64,000 bases of DNA from Podarcis cretensis. Its lineage: Eukaryota. The stretch's first letter is position 1. Every line of letters begins with the position of its first letter. Positions 27,001 through 40,722 of the stretch are shown here, piece after piece. The notes beneath the pieces were generated by a model. That model made no database searches. It saw nothing but the letters and a program-made list of their open reading frames with translations, and had not been told where the DNA came from. The position numbers and the translations under genes are program-made. The stretch is taken from the NCBI GenBank assembly GCA_951804945.1, contig OX638159.1, positions 29,698,001 through 29,762,000 of the forward strand, written 5' to 3'.

Positions 27001-27789
27001 AAAAAAGAACCTGGTTAGACAGAATTATTTGTTCCTTTGCATCAAAAGACAAGGCCTTCCTATTAATAGCCTAATGGCTTTGGCTGCAAGGAACCAAGAG
27101 CATTTCAGAGGCAGCTTCCAAATCCCTTTGCCAGAGAGTGGGCGGGAAATACCTCTCTCCCACTGCTGCTGCCCCTCCGACTAGAAAGAGCCACCTTTGC
27201 TGTCTGAAGAGTCCAGGGATGCTTGGAAGCTGGAAATACTTCCGAATGGTGGCATGGTTGCTAGGGGCTGCCCGTTCCCACCCATGAATCTCTCCTACCT
27301 CCCAGGGCCAACCGGGCTTCCCTGAAGGCCACCTCCTGGCCACCACGCTCTTTGGAGCGCCTTCGCGTTTAAACGCCTCCTAAAGGCTGCAGGTCAGAGC
27401 AAGAGCTCCCCATTTGACTTCGACCTTAGGGCTTCGGAGAGGCGGGGCGCGAAGCCCCAACTCATCTCCCGGCCCAGTGCCACCAAGATTAAATTAAGTG
27501 GCGGAGAAACCTGGCGGATCTTCCGTGTGAAGCTCCGCTGGCGCGTCCAGGCGTCACTTTTAACGCCTTGCTTCCCCCCACTGTGCACAAGTCTTCATCA
27601 GGAAGACCCTCTTAATTCCCCCCTCCCCATCTTCAGCAGAAAGGAGCGGGGAGGTCGGCTCTTCGCCTGTTCTCTCACCTACCCCTGGCCTCATTTTCTT
27701 CACTCAAAAGTAAACATAAACGTTGCTAACTGATCCGGAATTCCTGGCTGAATGCATGCGTGTGTGTGTGTGTGTGTGAGAGCTGGGGT

Positions 27790-28900
27790 TCCAATCATCC
27801 CATTTGTCACAAAGAAAATGACCGGCGGTGTATTAAGCAGAACATCTGATTTATTTGATTTAGTGCTCTGGGGCCACAGCGAAGACCCCCTAAGCAATCC
27901 CCCAATGCAGAGTTAAAATTGAAAAGGAGAAGGGCGAAGAAGGAAAAAAAAATCAAACAAAACTTAGAAGCAGCATTTAAGCCTCCTCCATTTGGCAACA
28001 CTGATCACCATTCCCGAGTGGCTGGGGAAATATTGTTTTTACAAACCGCCGCAGCAGAAGGAACAAATGTTTGGGAACCACTGAACCTCTCGGTATCGAT
28101 GGGAAGGGGCAGAAATGGCAGAGAGAGAGAGAGAATCAAGGCAGTCGAAGAGAATCTGCAAAGCTGATCTAAGCTCTGGAAAAGTTTGAGCCTGGTGCGA
28201 TGACCGCTTGCAAATGCAAATGAATAAATAAACCTCAAACCGGCTAGTTTGGGGTGCAGTAGTTTAGCAAGACTAATTGCAGACAATGGAGCTGAAATGA
28301 CTTTTCCAATTAGCTGCTGGTTGGAGTTTAGTTGGAAGAACTGTCAGCTCCACCGATGGGTAATTGCTTTATTGCTCACAAAACTATCATCTATTTAGAA
28401 CATATGTGCTAATTACTGTGGATGGGCGTTGGGGAAAAAAAAAGGGAGACCATAAATCTATTAGCACTTGAAAAAAAGTCCATGGGGCTTGTAAGCAGCA
28501 CGAACTCCTTTTCCACATTATGATTTGAGGGGAAGAATGGTGTGAGTGATAAGCGACTCTCTTCCCCAATGCAACATCTGAATTAAACCCATCCGGGAAG
28601 ACAATGCAAACAAGCGGCCCGACCCACAAGCCGGAGTAGGGGATTTATACCGAGTTTGTGCCACTGGAGTGAGGACGGGTACAAATCAAACTTCAAAGCA
28701 TACTGCTCTGGGTTAATTGAATTTTGGGAGGGAGGGTTGTCTGACATTGGTCAATTTCAGATGCGAGCGCTTAGTTTTAAGAGAGCCGCAGAAGGAGCCG
28801 TCCGGTCTTCTCAATCAACCACGGCCATAAATCACTTTCCTTCCTTTCCCCCATCCCAGCCTGTTTCCCCACCCCAAAAGATTAGTTTAGAAATCTTTTA
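27790..28900. promoter_or_regulatory. Candidate upstream enhancer block (PBX-HOX / MEIS / homeodomain motifs)
   Basis: CCATAAATCA (TGATTTATGG on minus) at 28825-28834, CTGTCA at ~28341, and several TAATT cores. Confidence 0.45.
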
Positions 28901-31900
28901 ATTGGATTATTCTAGAAAATTAATCTCCTTTCGGCTGGCTAAATTTTGTGTACCAAATATTGAAAATTAAATCCGCCTCATTTAAGGGTGGGGGCAGGCG
29001 GGAAGGGTGAGGGCTCCTGTTGCCTTGGGATGGGTTAGTTGTTGGGGTCCTTTTTAGAACGAGGACACAAGTAAGAGAAATGCCATAGGGGGCAAAAAAG
29101 AGCAACATAAGGTGTTCAGAGCTCCCAAAATAGCAATATCAACCCACCCAACAGCAGAAAGTTGGTTTTCTAGTTTATACAGTATAAGAGTGCTATTATA
29201 AGGCGATAGCACAGAGCTGGTAAGTATCCGGGATAGAAGCAGAAGACTCAGATGAGGATTGTTGTTGTTACTATTTTAAAGAAAAGAAAAGCTTGCCAGC
29301 ATCGGGGGGAGTTTTTTAAACTGGAACCTCATGGGTTACTCAGAAGAGGAAACAGAGGCAAAGTGGCAGGGAATAGACCCTCTGCCTTCGAACACGCTGC
29401 TGACCGGCAACATTCTGTTCCGGGCATTTCCCCACACTTTCTCTTTCGCGCGTGTGTGTAAGTGAGCGAGCTAGGAGAGAGATAAAGAGAAAGAGATTCC
29501 CCCTTCTCTTTCAAGACAAATTCTGGGTAGAGTTGCTGGAGAAGCGCAAGGAGGGTTTCTGCTTTCTTCCTCGAGCTCTCCGAGTTTCCCCATCACGTCT
29601 TCTGTTACTCCCCGCCAATCCACCTGTGACACCTGGAAGTCACACCCACACCGAAAATCAATGGGGTTTTATTCCTGTTTTGTGTGATGAGAAAGAGAGC
29701 GAGATAAGAAATCGGATGTCACAAAACCAATTTAGGAGCAGTGGATAGTTCTCAGAGTCACAAACGTGTGCACGTGCATTTATTTGCCTTTTAATCAGCG
29801 CTTGCTGCTAATTTACAATTCAGTTGTAGTTGCTTTTTTTTTTTTTAGACAAACGATCTCCTCCCAATCTGCAATTTCACCTGAAATTCTTTCTCCTTTA
29901 TTTCAAGCTGTTCCGCAAGATCTTCCAGGACCCTTCCCGCTCCAACCTTCTACTTCTGAACTTTCTAGCCTTCAGATTTTCCCCTAGTATATTTAATTCT
30001 CCCCTTATCGGGGTGGCGTGGAGTGGTGTTTTTTATTTTATTTTAAAGACCTGTTAAGGCAGAGATCAGGAGTCAGAGCTCCATTTTGGCTGCCTGCTGG
30101 GATTTCCTGAGCGAGATCACGACATCTCTCTGAAATGGGATACCTCACTTTTAAGCTCAATGTAGCTGTTAATAGCAGCCCTCTGAGGTGTGGTTAATTG
30201 GTGGGGATAAAGGCGTAATGACTTCACAGGGAGACTGCAATGATCCTTTAATGTACCTTAAAGAAGCACACGCACACGGGTGACATGGCATCGCTTTGCA
30301 GAGGAGCGTTTTAAAAGTGGAGTCTTCGTAGGAAACAAATTTGTCCCTGGAACAAACTGCGCAAACAAGGGGAGAGAGAGAGGGAGGGAGCGAGTTTGTG
30401 TTTGTGTGTTTAAAGGCAATGAATTTAAGATTGAGTAAATAAACTTATTGGGGAAGTGCGAACCAAGAAAGTAAATGGTAGGAGAATGATAGGGTGGGGA
30501 TAAAGGCCCGAGAAGCCCTTTGGTCTTGGGAAATGACGGTCTTTCAAGCCGGCCTACCTCTCAGGGTTGTCGTACTATACTGAGCTCCACCGGAAGAAGG
30601 CGAGATACAAAGGAGCAACGTTAAGCAGGGGTCCGCTCATTCTTCTTTCCCAAACTCAAAGGTGGTGAGTGATTCTCTCTCTCCTACGCTCGGCCTCTCC
30701 CCCCAGCAGCCGACCTTTAGGCCATGCTAGCTGGGCGTGAAGTCAAGGTTGCGACTGCAGAGCCGGATCAGATCTCACTCCTTTCAAGCGGTGGCGTGGA
30801 GTTTTCAGTTCCAGCCGACTGTCCTTCGGTTGGGGAAAAGACAAAGTGAATTGGGATGTTGTTCCACGGGAGGGAGTCTCCCTATGGCTTGGATACCGAG
30901 CAAGCACGCAATAGGATCCTCCGGCACTTCGTCCTATCCTGAATGTCTTACGGTCATATGCAAGAGTAAAGAGTGCAGCGTAGGTAAGGAGAAACTGATA
31001 CAGATTTGGCAGAGCGGAAGACTGCGATGTGCTCGCAGTCCAAATCCAACCTTCGCCTGTTAGTATACGATCAGTGACAATGAAAGCTCTATATACATAC
31101 ATGTGTGCCTGCATTTCTTGGCATCTGAGAAACGCAACAGTCACAGAAACGAACAGAACGCGTGTTTGTAAAACCGAAGTTCTCTTCGCTCTGGTTGCAA
31201 TTCTCCTCAGGGCTCCACTTAGATCAATGGAACTTTCTCCCAACCAAGGGAGCAGAAGATTGCAGCTGTCTCTAGTGTGTTATGTCCAATACTTTTACTG
31301 TATAGGGCGTTTACTCGCTTGTGTTGTGTACTTATTTATCTCTCTGTCTACATACCACAGGAGCCAATATGAGTCCCCCATAAAAGATTTGAGGGGGCCG
31401 GGCCACCCCAAAGTTGATGGGCATTGCCATTCAAATGCTGTTTGTGCACCGCATCTTGTGATCGATTCTGTGATGCGGGGATTGCCTGAACCCCCCCGCA
31501 ATATTTTAACCCCTTTGACACCACTGCGACGTACATTCCTACCGGAGCCCCTATATACTGTGCACACGGGTCTGCTTTGACATGCACAGGAGGTAACTTT
31601 GCACAGATACACATATTGCTATATAGACACACCGCATGCAGTACCTCTGCCCTATTTTAGTGAACGCATTGCTCTCTCTCTCTCACATAGGTAAAAGTGT
31701 ACATGTATGTGAAAAGTGTGCATGTGTGTCCATGCAGATCGTCCAAATGTCGCCCCAGGGGTTACAGCGGTAGAATAAAGGAAGGTAAACACTCCGGCGC
31801 GAGGTCATCGCTCTTCGCCGTGTTTCTGTTACTTTCCCACATCTCGCAAGGAAAATGAAGTGAAACTTAACACCTTCCCTTTCCTGTGTGCTTTGTTAAA

Positions 31901-34900
31901 CTCTTCCTTTTGCCTCAGTCCAGTTTCTTCTCTCCCCGCGCTCCCGCGGATGAAATGTTGACGTCCTGACTCTTTAGTAACCAGATCTTCAAGACTTACT
32001 AGGAAACCAGAGCTATTGGAATTTGGAATCGATGTTATTGCTTCCAAGTGAATTTGTCCAGCCCTATACCGTTAGACGCACCCAAACTCACCGAAAATCA
32101 ATGGGAGCTTAACTCTGCATAGGATGGCTGAAAGTATTTTGGCTGGGGATGTTAAGAATCACCGTCTAATATATGTTAAAGGCGCCCAACGTGTCCTGGG
32201 ATCAGGGCCTCCAGGAAAGTCACGCACAAACTCGACCTTTCCCTCCCTGTTGTCCGTTTGCTTTTGCTTCGGGAGCTGCGGAAGCGATTTATGCTTCCAA
32301 TGGATCCGAACCTTCATCTCCCAGGTTCGAGTTCTTTCTGAAAGCCGAGAGAGGGAGTTAAAGTCGACCGCAGGTGTTTTAGCTCCAACTGTCGCACTTT
32401 CATCTGCATCTCTCAGATCCCCGAAGCAGAAAGACCCCGTATCACACGCCCCGGCACCCGGGGCAGGGATCTAGTTCAGCTTCCCACAACCTGGAGCTTC
32501 CCCAATCAGCTTTAGACTACAACTCCCATCCGCTCAGCCTATGGGGTTTAATAGGGAAACCAGTTTAGTGGTGCACAATCCAGGTTGAGCCAGTTTAGAT
32601 CCCTACCTAGGGACGTGTCAGCTCTGCCCACATAAAACCGGGCGTTTAAGGTCGAGTTCTGGCTCGCTTCTCACGTTATACGGGGGTGGGAGGAAGGGAG
32701 ACGGCAAAAAAACCCCCAAAACCAAACCTCTTTAAATTATAGCAAGGTAGCATTTCTCTGCTTTTCGACATCAGAAATGCAGACCTTGGCTCTCTCCCTC
32801 CCTTACCCCATCTCGTTGCTTTTGGCCTTATAGTTGCTTGGATTTGTTTCAGACTGACCAGACCTCTGTCCTGAGAGAGTCACGTTAACTGGACAGCTTC
32901 CGTGCCCGCTTACATGGAAGCAAGCCTCCTAACATAAACGGGAGCTGACTTCAGAGTAAGATTAAAGGAAGGCCGTAAGGTTGGATTTTGGAGAAACTGG
33001 CCCGCACTCCCTGTTCATTCTCGCCCCTTTCGCCAGCACTCTAAGCGTGCGATCCCACACTCCAAATGTTGGAATCCATTTCCTATTCATGAGCTCTGTC
33101 CATCCCTGGATTCTAGAGTGTTTGACTGCATGTGTCAGAAAGGAGGGATCCCCGTCTCCCTTTCATGTACATTAAAATATCCATTGTGTGGATTTTTTCT
33201 CTGCTCCAGAACCAAGGTTGCTATGATTTCAACAACAAAAAAGGAGGCGGCTATATTTGTATATGTCCCGCGTGCACAACTAGAATCGTATCGATTTAAT
33301 TCATTTCAGTTTCTCATTAGTGTAGTGATCCTCCGTATCTGGAATCGTCTCGACTTTGGGTGCAGGAAAGCAATCCTGGCAATAAAGTTGTGCAGCCGTT
33401 GTAAACCAGCGAAGTCCTGGTTTAATTTCGACCCCGTAAAGACTCAGGCCTGGTCAGAACCCCTGCTCTGAAGCAGTGAAACCAGAAAGGTCGACTTTGA
33501 AGTCCTCCTTTTGATTCAAGTTCTCCGACATAACGGCTTCGTGGACCCGGCTGAGCGGGGACGTGAGTGGCAGCTTTCGTCCCGATCCTATGCACTGTCT
33601 ACTCAGAAGCAAGGTTCACCGAGGGCAAGCGCGGGTAATGCTAGACTTAATGGTATTAAGGAGCTCCCCCCGCCCCATTAGATGGCAACGTGTATCATTT
33701 CAGGTCTAATGTGGGGTGTCTTTGGGGTTCCTCTAGCTCATTCTCCTGCCTGCGGGTGGGAATTCCTGCGGCGATCGTTGTAGCTTTGAGAACTTCTCTC
33801 TGGGCTCTTCCTCGGGAGTAAGCCCCATTCAGTTCCGTGGAACTTGCTTCTGAGCCGGCCCGCTGTTAAGTCTCTGGCCTTTGGGGCAGGAGAAGAAGAA
33901 CGGCAAGCAACTTGGAACAGAAGTGAATCTCCCGCACCTGCCTTCCTGCGCGTCGGAGCAGAGAAGCGCAGCTTCGCATTAAACGCGATGCACCCGTAAC
34001 CGGCGCGCCTGGGTGACGGATCTGCGCCTGTCCAGGTGTATATTGGGACATAGATCTGGAGAACACCGGCTGGTAAGGAGAGGCGAAGAGCGCTCTCTGT
34101 TATGATTAGGCTTTCTGGGCTGTTTTGCAGCTCATAAGGCACAATTAGATTGGAACCTGTAAAACAGACTGCAGGAGCAGGGGAAGAAAGGGGAAAAAGA
34201 CGGAGAGCCGGCGAACGGAGACCTTTATGAAACTAATAAAGCATATTCTCCACCTGGGGGAAAGGACAGCTCTTTAGGCACAGCGTGCTAGCAACTAGAG
34301 GGGGGGGGGGAGGCTGGGATCCATAAACCACGAAGCAAGAGAGCAGACAGGGCAAGGCCGCCTTCTGGGAGCCTGTCTGAGGACGTTCCTTGGCCTTCTG
34401 CCCTACTAACCACACGCACCATTCCTCGGGAGTAAATCCCCTGGAACTCATTGGCACTTGATTCCGAGGAGACGCGCGTGGGGAATCGGGTCGCGTGGCT
34501 GCGACCTCTCAAGCTGGCTTCCTACTAGAAAAGGAAGGGACTTCCAAGCAAACTTCCGCAGCCTCTTTTGGAAGAGCGTTGCAGAGACGGGCAGGCAGCA
34601 GGCACATCATGTCGCTGCGGAGCCTCCAGGCCTTGGCCGAGAGGTCCACGGGGCCGGGGGCAGAGCAGCTTTAGGGGCGGTGAGAGCAGAGCGGGGCCCA
34701 AGCTTTTGTTCCTTCCAGCAGGGCAAAGCCTCTAGAGTCTCCGTCAAAGGGGAAGGGGCGCGTGCTGGGAACCCGACCTCGGAGGTTTGCGCAGCCCCAA
34801 GGAGAAGGATCACCCGGGAAATGCCCATCAACGCCTTGTCGGCTTCTCCTTGCATTCAATGGGAGATTTCTTTCTGGATTGCACCCTGGCGGCCCCCGCT

Positions 34901-37784
34901 CCCCATGACGCTGAACTTCGAAATCGCCCCCTTGAGCTCCATGAGATTGTCTCTAAGGAGTGGAGGAGGCTCAGCTGTGTAGGAAAGCGCGCTTCAGACC
35001 CGGGATAGGGAGCAGGGAGCGGCGAATGCCCGTAGGCGCGTGCAGAGCGCGCTACCCCCTCCTCACAAAGTAAACTCAAAGGACAGGGCTTAATGCTGGG
35101 GATACCACTTCTCTTTTAGAAAACCAACAACTGGCTGTGTCTAACCCTGCCAGCCTAATAAAGAACCACACTCCGTTTTCTTCCCCTTCCTCGTCCTCTT
35201 TCCTTCTCCCTCGCCTTTTCTTCTTATTTCTCTAGCCTGCGGGGATAGACTGTGCGACGTACCAATTTTTGAGGCATTTAATTCTCACCCGCCCCCACTT
35301 TTTTCCTGGGAGGCCCCCTTTGTGAGAATGTTAAGGAAGGTAGGAGAGGATATATTGTTTTGATATTATTCCTCCTCACTCACGCTAGTGAGTAAACAGC
35401 AGAGCACATTCCCTCTGCAACTTATTGGAAGCAAATTGATGATTCGTTAGAATCCTTTAATTAAGCAATCCAGTCTGGCTTGTTCCTGGTAAGTTTCCCT
35501 TTTTATTTCCCTCTTAAAATAATAACACAACATAGTCTTCTTTAAGAATAAAGTTTGACTCATATTCAGTTCACAGCAGTAATCGGAAGGCAGGCATTAT
35601 CTTGTGGTTCCAGTGAGAAGAAGCCTGAGCTACATCTCAGACTTTCTGCTTGTGGAGTCCATCCTATGTGAAGGTTGAGCCATGCATTGGCTAAGAGCCA
35701 GGAGAGTGAGAGTCCAAGAGTCCATGAGAGAGATGGTTGCATGGCCAGCCCTTTTATCTGGTCAGCTAGGGTCACACCCATCTACCCTGGTCACACACAG
35801 GAGGAGGAAGCTCCAGAGCAGGTATGGCAGGAAGTCCTCCCTGTCTGGAGCCGCATTCCCCTGTGTGTCCATTCTAGGGAACAGGAAAATGTTGTACTTG
35901 ACTGCTCTAGTAATAATATATCCCACACCCTTTGCCTTCAACAATTACCTAAGTGGCAGAAATTCAGCAGGTGGAGCTTTTCCAGACACAGAGATGGAGC
36001 AATAGAAACAGTTTCACCTGTTTATTTTTTGCCTCTGGGTCATTACGAAAGAGCTATGCCAGGGAAAAAAAGTTGGCAGCCCTACTTGGATTCCTTAGCA
36101 GACACTTTGTGTCCTTCCTCTCTGGGATGGCCACTCTTATCTGCCAGCTCCCAGGCCTGAAGCATAGAGATTTTTCAGGTGTGTGTGTGTGTACAGATTA
36201 TAAATGTGTGTGTTACACACACTCCTGTTTCTGGCTTTAACCTCTATTATGTTGTACCTGGTGGATTGTAAGACGCTTGAGATTTGAAAGTTGGCCTGTT
36301 TGAGGCCTCCTTGAAGATTATCGAGAAAGGCAGGGGGCTTTCTGTGAAATCCCAGGAACATCTAATTGGAAGTAATTCCCACTGGATTCAGTGGGACTTA
36401 GTGCTGGGCAAGGATTGCAACCTGAAAACATCTTCTTTGCAATTAACAGACAATAAGTATGCAAGACATATATATATGTATATAACTGAGCACAACATTA
36501 AATAGTTCTGCAAAAAGTGTTTTAATTTGCTGACTGAGTATGTTGATTGAGTTTATCTGGAGAAGGGATTGAAAACTGTATATTTTTTTGGTATTGTCAT
36601 ATTATAAATGTTTACTGTTGTAAGCTACCTAGACTGGGCACTGTCCAGGAAGGTAGATTAGATTTTTTAAAAAATGAAAACCACCCCCCAAAATGCTGGT
36701 GCTTCTTTATGGACAACTTGCAATACTGTACATAGTCTTAATTTTTAAATGCACAATCTCTTCCTCCCTACCTTGAACAGCTAGTGTCTACACAGGAGAA
36801 TCTGCCATAAATCTTGCTTAGAAAGGTTATAATCCATAATTTGGCCTACCAAGCATTTTGAGCTACCTGTCACCAGACTTTCATACACACAGCAAAGTAG
36901 GAAATATTTTGAGTCATTCAACTTATCATGCTTTTAACCGATTAACTAGGTAGGTCACTCTACAAGAGATGTCATTTTATCTCTCTATGCAATATGCAGC
37001 AATACTGAAAGAGCATTTTTAATGTAGAGTAGACAGGCTACCAAACTCCAAAAAGAAATCATGGCTATTATTTTATTGACTAGGAGGACCCCCTCCCCAC
37101 AACAGAAAGGATTGTCTAGAGCAGGAAATAGTTTATAACAGTGTCCTGTTTGGCAGGTTTTTATTCTCTATTATTTTGCTTTATAGATTAAAATCCCATT
37201 TAAATAGCTATGGGTACAATCCACTCCATACTGATTTGAAAAAGCTTGGACTGCTCAGAGTATTTTCAACCTGTTCTTATTAAGCCTTTTGGGTCATCAT
37301 ACCGATTAACTGACCGCTTCTAACCTCTGCAATCTGTTTGACATTAGCTTAGGTTGACATAATAATATTGTTGACATAATATATTCTGTGCTATTTATAG
37401 ATGCCAGCCAATACAGCAGAGTAATATCTCCTTAAGCTTGCATCCCAGTGTTTAAACAGACTACTCAGAAAAGTTCAGGTCTTTTCCAGATCAAGGATTC
37501 TAGGACTGAAATACTGTGCACCCTTGCTTTGGAGTTAGTCCAATCGAAATGAGCAGGGCTTACTTTTAAGTAAACATGAATAGGACTGGTCTGCCCCAAT
37601 GAAGGGCTTCAGTCTTGTGGATATGGCATAAAGATGTATAGGTAAGAATAGGTCTAACATATGCAAAAGCATGTTTACTCAGAATAGGCTCCAGGGCGTT
37701 TCAGTGGGCCTTACTCCTTAGTAGGGCTGTATGGGATTTCAGCCTCAGTCTGAATTGACTGCTCCTTAAACCAGCCTTTAAAGG

Positions 37785-37919
37785 CAGTCCGGGAACCAGT
37801 GGTCCTCCAGAAACTGCTGGACTGCAACTCCCATCATCCCTGATCATTGACCATGCTGGCTGGGGCTGATGGGAGTTGAAGTTCAACAACACCTGGAGGC
37901 TGCAGGTTGCCCATCACTG
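37785..37919. mobile_element. hAT-like MITE of the same family
   Basis: CAGT...ACTG ends; internal caactcccatca / tgatgggagttg inverted repeat. Confidence 0.7.
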
Positions 37920-39742
37920 CCCTTATTATTTTGATAACTCAAGTGTGGCACCCCCCCCCCCCCGCCACCATTCCCAGTACATGATTATAGGTGAAACCAT
38001 TCTTCTTTCTTTTCCAAGCTATGCTAGTGATTGTGAACATAGGCTGAAGAGTTAAATGTTGTTTCAAAACACTTAATTCAGAGTTAAGCTGTGCAGCTTC
38101 TGTTCGTGTTGCACCACTCAAAAGACAGTGGCTGTGTTACCAGCAAGCCCAGGGTTCTTTCTGGTAACACTGCCAAGAGATTTTGAAACCTGCTTCTATC
38201 AAAAACGATCGGAATATCTCCTTCCTTGTAATAAAAGCAAAGTGCTGAGCCAGATGTTGTAATAAGTCCGGTTGATGTGTGAGCAGGTAATATAGGCAGG
38301 AGTGACACTGTTAACAAAAAACATCTAATTAACAGTGACTTCATTTGATTGGGAGGATGAAAAAGCCTTTTTAAATCAATCCAGATTTACTGGCCTCAGC
38401 ACAGCCAATTTATGACTCTGGAGGATGAACAGAGTCTGCTTTCCCTCAAGATGTCATCTGAGGGGGGAATAAGGGGCTAGGTGAAGTCATTTGGTTCGCC
38501 TGTGGAAACTCCAGGAGTCCTCCTGCTTTTGGGATTGAAGTCCGTGCTGCTTCTTCATTTTATTAGGAACAGGCCAAGCCCATCAATGAGGCTCTCCGGA
38601 ATATCTTGAAGCAATTAGGCCCTCCCAATTAGCATACTTCTCCCGACCCCAAGAGCTTCTCCAGGTCCTTGCATCAGGCAGCTCTTTAAAGATGAAAAAC
38701 TTGAACACAGCATGGACTTGAAGGGGTGAGACCACATTCTTCAACAAGCCTATCCCCAGTGGGAAGAAAACAGTTGTTGTGGATCATGGCTAAAACACCA
38801 TTATCTCATCTGCCCCAACAATAGGATTTCCTCTAGGCCTTGAAAGGGGTCCCAAAACTATTGTTTATAAGTCTTTAAGGTCCTGGGGCGCCTTAAAGAT
38901 TTATTCATTTATTTGGCTATTGGATTGTGATAAGCAAGGGAGGAATAGTTTGCTGAACACAGTTAGCTTCTCTTATTGTGGTGTCATGATATGCAGTTTT
39001 TAAAGGCATCCTGGAAACTTACTCAGGCTCAGTGACTAGCTGATCTTGTGAATGGCAAGTCCTGTATTTTAAGGCTAGGGGCAGGGGGGGAGGGGCGGGC
39101 GGCTGACAACAGTGAGTTTAGATACTCAATGATGAGGGAAATGTACTTTGCACATATTTAGAAGCATTCTTGTTTGTGACTGGTTTGGAGCCTTAGGGTG
39201 GATAGGTTCTGGAGATCGACCTCTATGAACACTGGTTGAGTTAAGCCCCGCCTTGCAATTAAGACAGGGATTTGAACCCAAAGCTAAGTTCTGAGCTTTG
39301 CACAGAGTCATAGGTAAGCCAGGTAAGGATTGTAAGGCCAACATTCAAGGGCAGCTATATCAATGATGCTACTGCTAGTCCAAGGGGACAAATATGCTCG
39401 GTTTTATGCACTAATCAAATTGCCTGCAACATATCTTACAAACAGCATAGGGGTGTATGGGGGAGGAAGAGTGGATTTTAGGGACTCATTTGTGTGTTTC
39501 TGTTTTTCTCCTATGGAGCCCCTTGTCAGCAGACAGCATTTGCCTTCCCCCTCTTGCTCCCTGCAGTACTTAAAGCTATTGCTGAAGAAATTAAGAGGAA
39601 GCTCTATTTCCCCTTTGCTTTTCAAGGCAAGATCTAAAATTATGCCACTGCTGAGGTAAGAGGAAAGGGAAAGGGGTAGGTTGGGAGAGTAAGGGAGGAA
39701 GGCTGAGGGGCTCAGAGAGCTTGCATTGCTTTCAAGTAAAAA

Positions 39743-40122
39743 AAAGGTAAAGGACCCCTGGACGGTTAAGTCCAGTCAAAGGCGACTATGGGGTTGTGGC
39801 GCTCTTCTCACTTTCAGGCTGAGGGAGCCGGCATTTGTCCACAGACAGATTTCTGGGTCATGTGGCCAGCATGACCAAACTGCTTCTGGCACAACAGGAC
39901 ACAGTGATGGAAACCAGAGAGTGCACGGAAACACCATTTGCCTTCCCGCCACAGCGGTACCTATTTATTTACTTGCACTGGCATGCTTTCGAACTGCTAG
40001 GTTGGCAGGAGCTGGGACAGAGCAACGGGAGCTCACCCCGTTGCGGGGATTCGAACCGCCAACCTTCCAATCGGTAAGCCCAAGAGGCTCAGTGGCTTAG
40101 ACCACAGCGCCACCCACATCCC
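39743..40122 (-). mobile_element. Full-length Sauria SINE (POM-type, long subfamily)
   Basis: Reverse complement starts GGGATGTGGGTGGCGCTGTGGTCTAAG, has a tRNA-derived B-box GGTTCGAATCC, and ends in an ACCTTT tail. Near-colinear with the copy at 62137. Confidence 0.9.
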
Positions 40123-40586
40123 TTGCATTATGCATTTCATAATGCATTATGCTTTCAGCCATAATGGAAGACACTCTTGGTTGATATTAGATGGGGTGGC
40201 TGTATGCTGGAATCAGATCACTTAAGGCTTTCATGCTAAAAAACAGTACCTTAACTTTTTATTGGCATGGTATAAACTTTATGCTTGGAAAGGTTAGAGA
40301 GCTTTAGGATCATGAGGAGCATTTGCTTTCCTCATGACCTTGTGGTGTGACCTAGGTCAAAGTTCTTTGGTAGCAGAGAGACTATTACTGGTTCCAAGTA
40401 AGCTTGGGCAGGGATTTGATTCCAGGTTCAGAATCTTACTTGTCCGTGCCTATGGAACCTTTTAGGTCACATTGCATAAAAGGTATCAGCTTGTGTAGAA
40501 CTGTTCTGGAAACTTGTCTCTCTCCCAACAGGGTTAGGTTGGTGGGTCACCGGCAGCATAATGATAATGTTGCTGTTCCAGTATCA

Positions 40587-40722
40587 CAGGCTTCCTCAAA
40601 CTTGGCCCTCCAGATGTTTTTGGCCTACAACTCCCATGCTCCCTAGCTAGCAGGACCAGTGGTCAGGAATGATGGGAATTGTAATCTCAAAATATCTGGA
40701 GGGCCGAGTTTGAGAAAGCCTC
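40587..40722. mobile_element. hAT-like MITE (~136 bp)
   Basis: TIRs CAGGCTTCCTCAAACT / AGTTTGAGAAAGCCTC, internal inverted repeat ctacaactcccat / atgggaattgta, and an 8-bp TSD cagtatca / cagtatta. Confidence 0.8.

Noticed and set aside
30490-30615. Possible SINE remnant (cctacctctcagggttgtcgt); similar faint remnants at 1-312, 41130-41310, 43540-43890 and 51340-51430
   Set aside because: Too degraded to assign a family or boundaries without a library search.
30737-31632. Overlapping 100-183 aa ORFs (also 47600-48202)
   Set aside because: No domain similarity, splice context or codon pattern; expected by chance.
40030-40122. tRNA gene (B-box GGTTCGAATCC on minus)
   Set aside because: It is the tRNA-derived head of the Sauria SINE.
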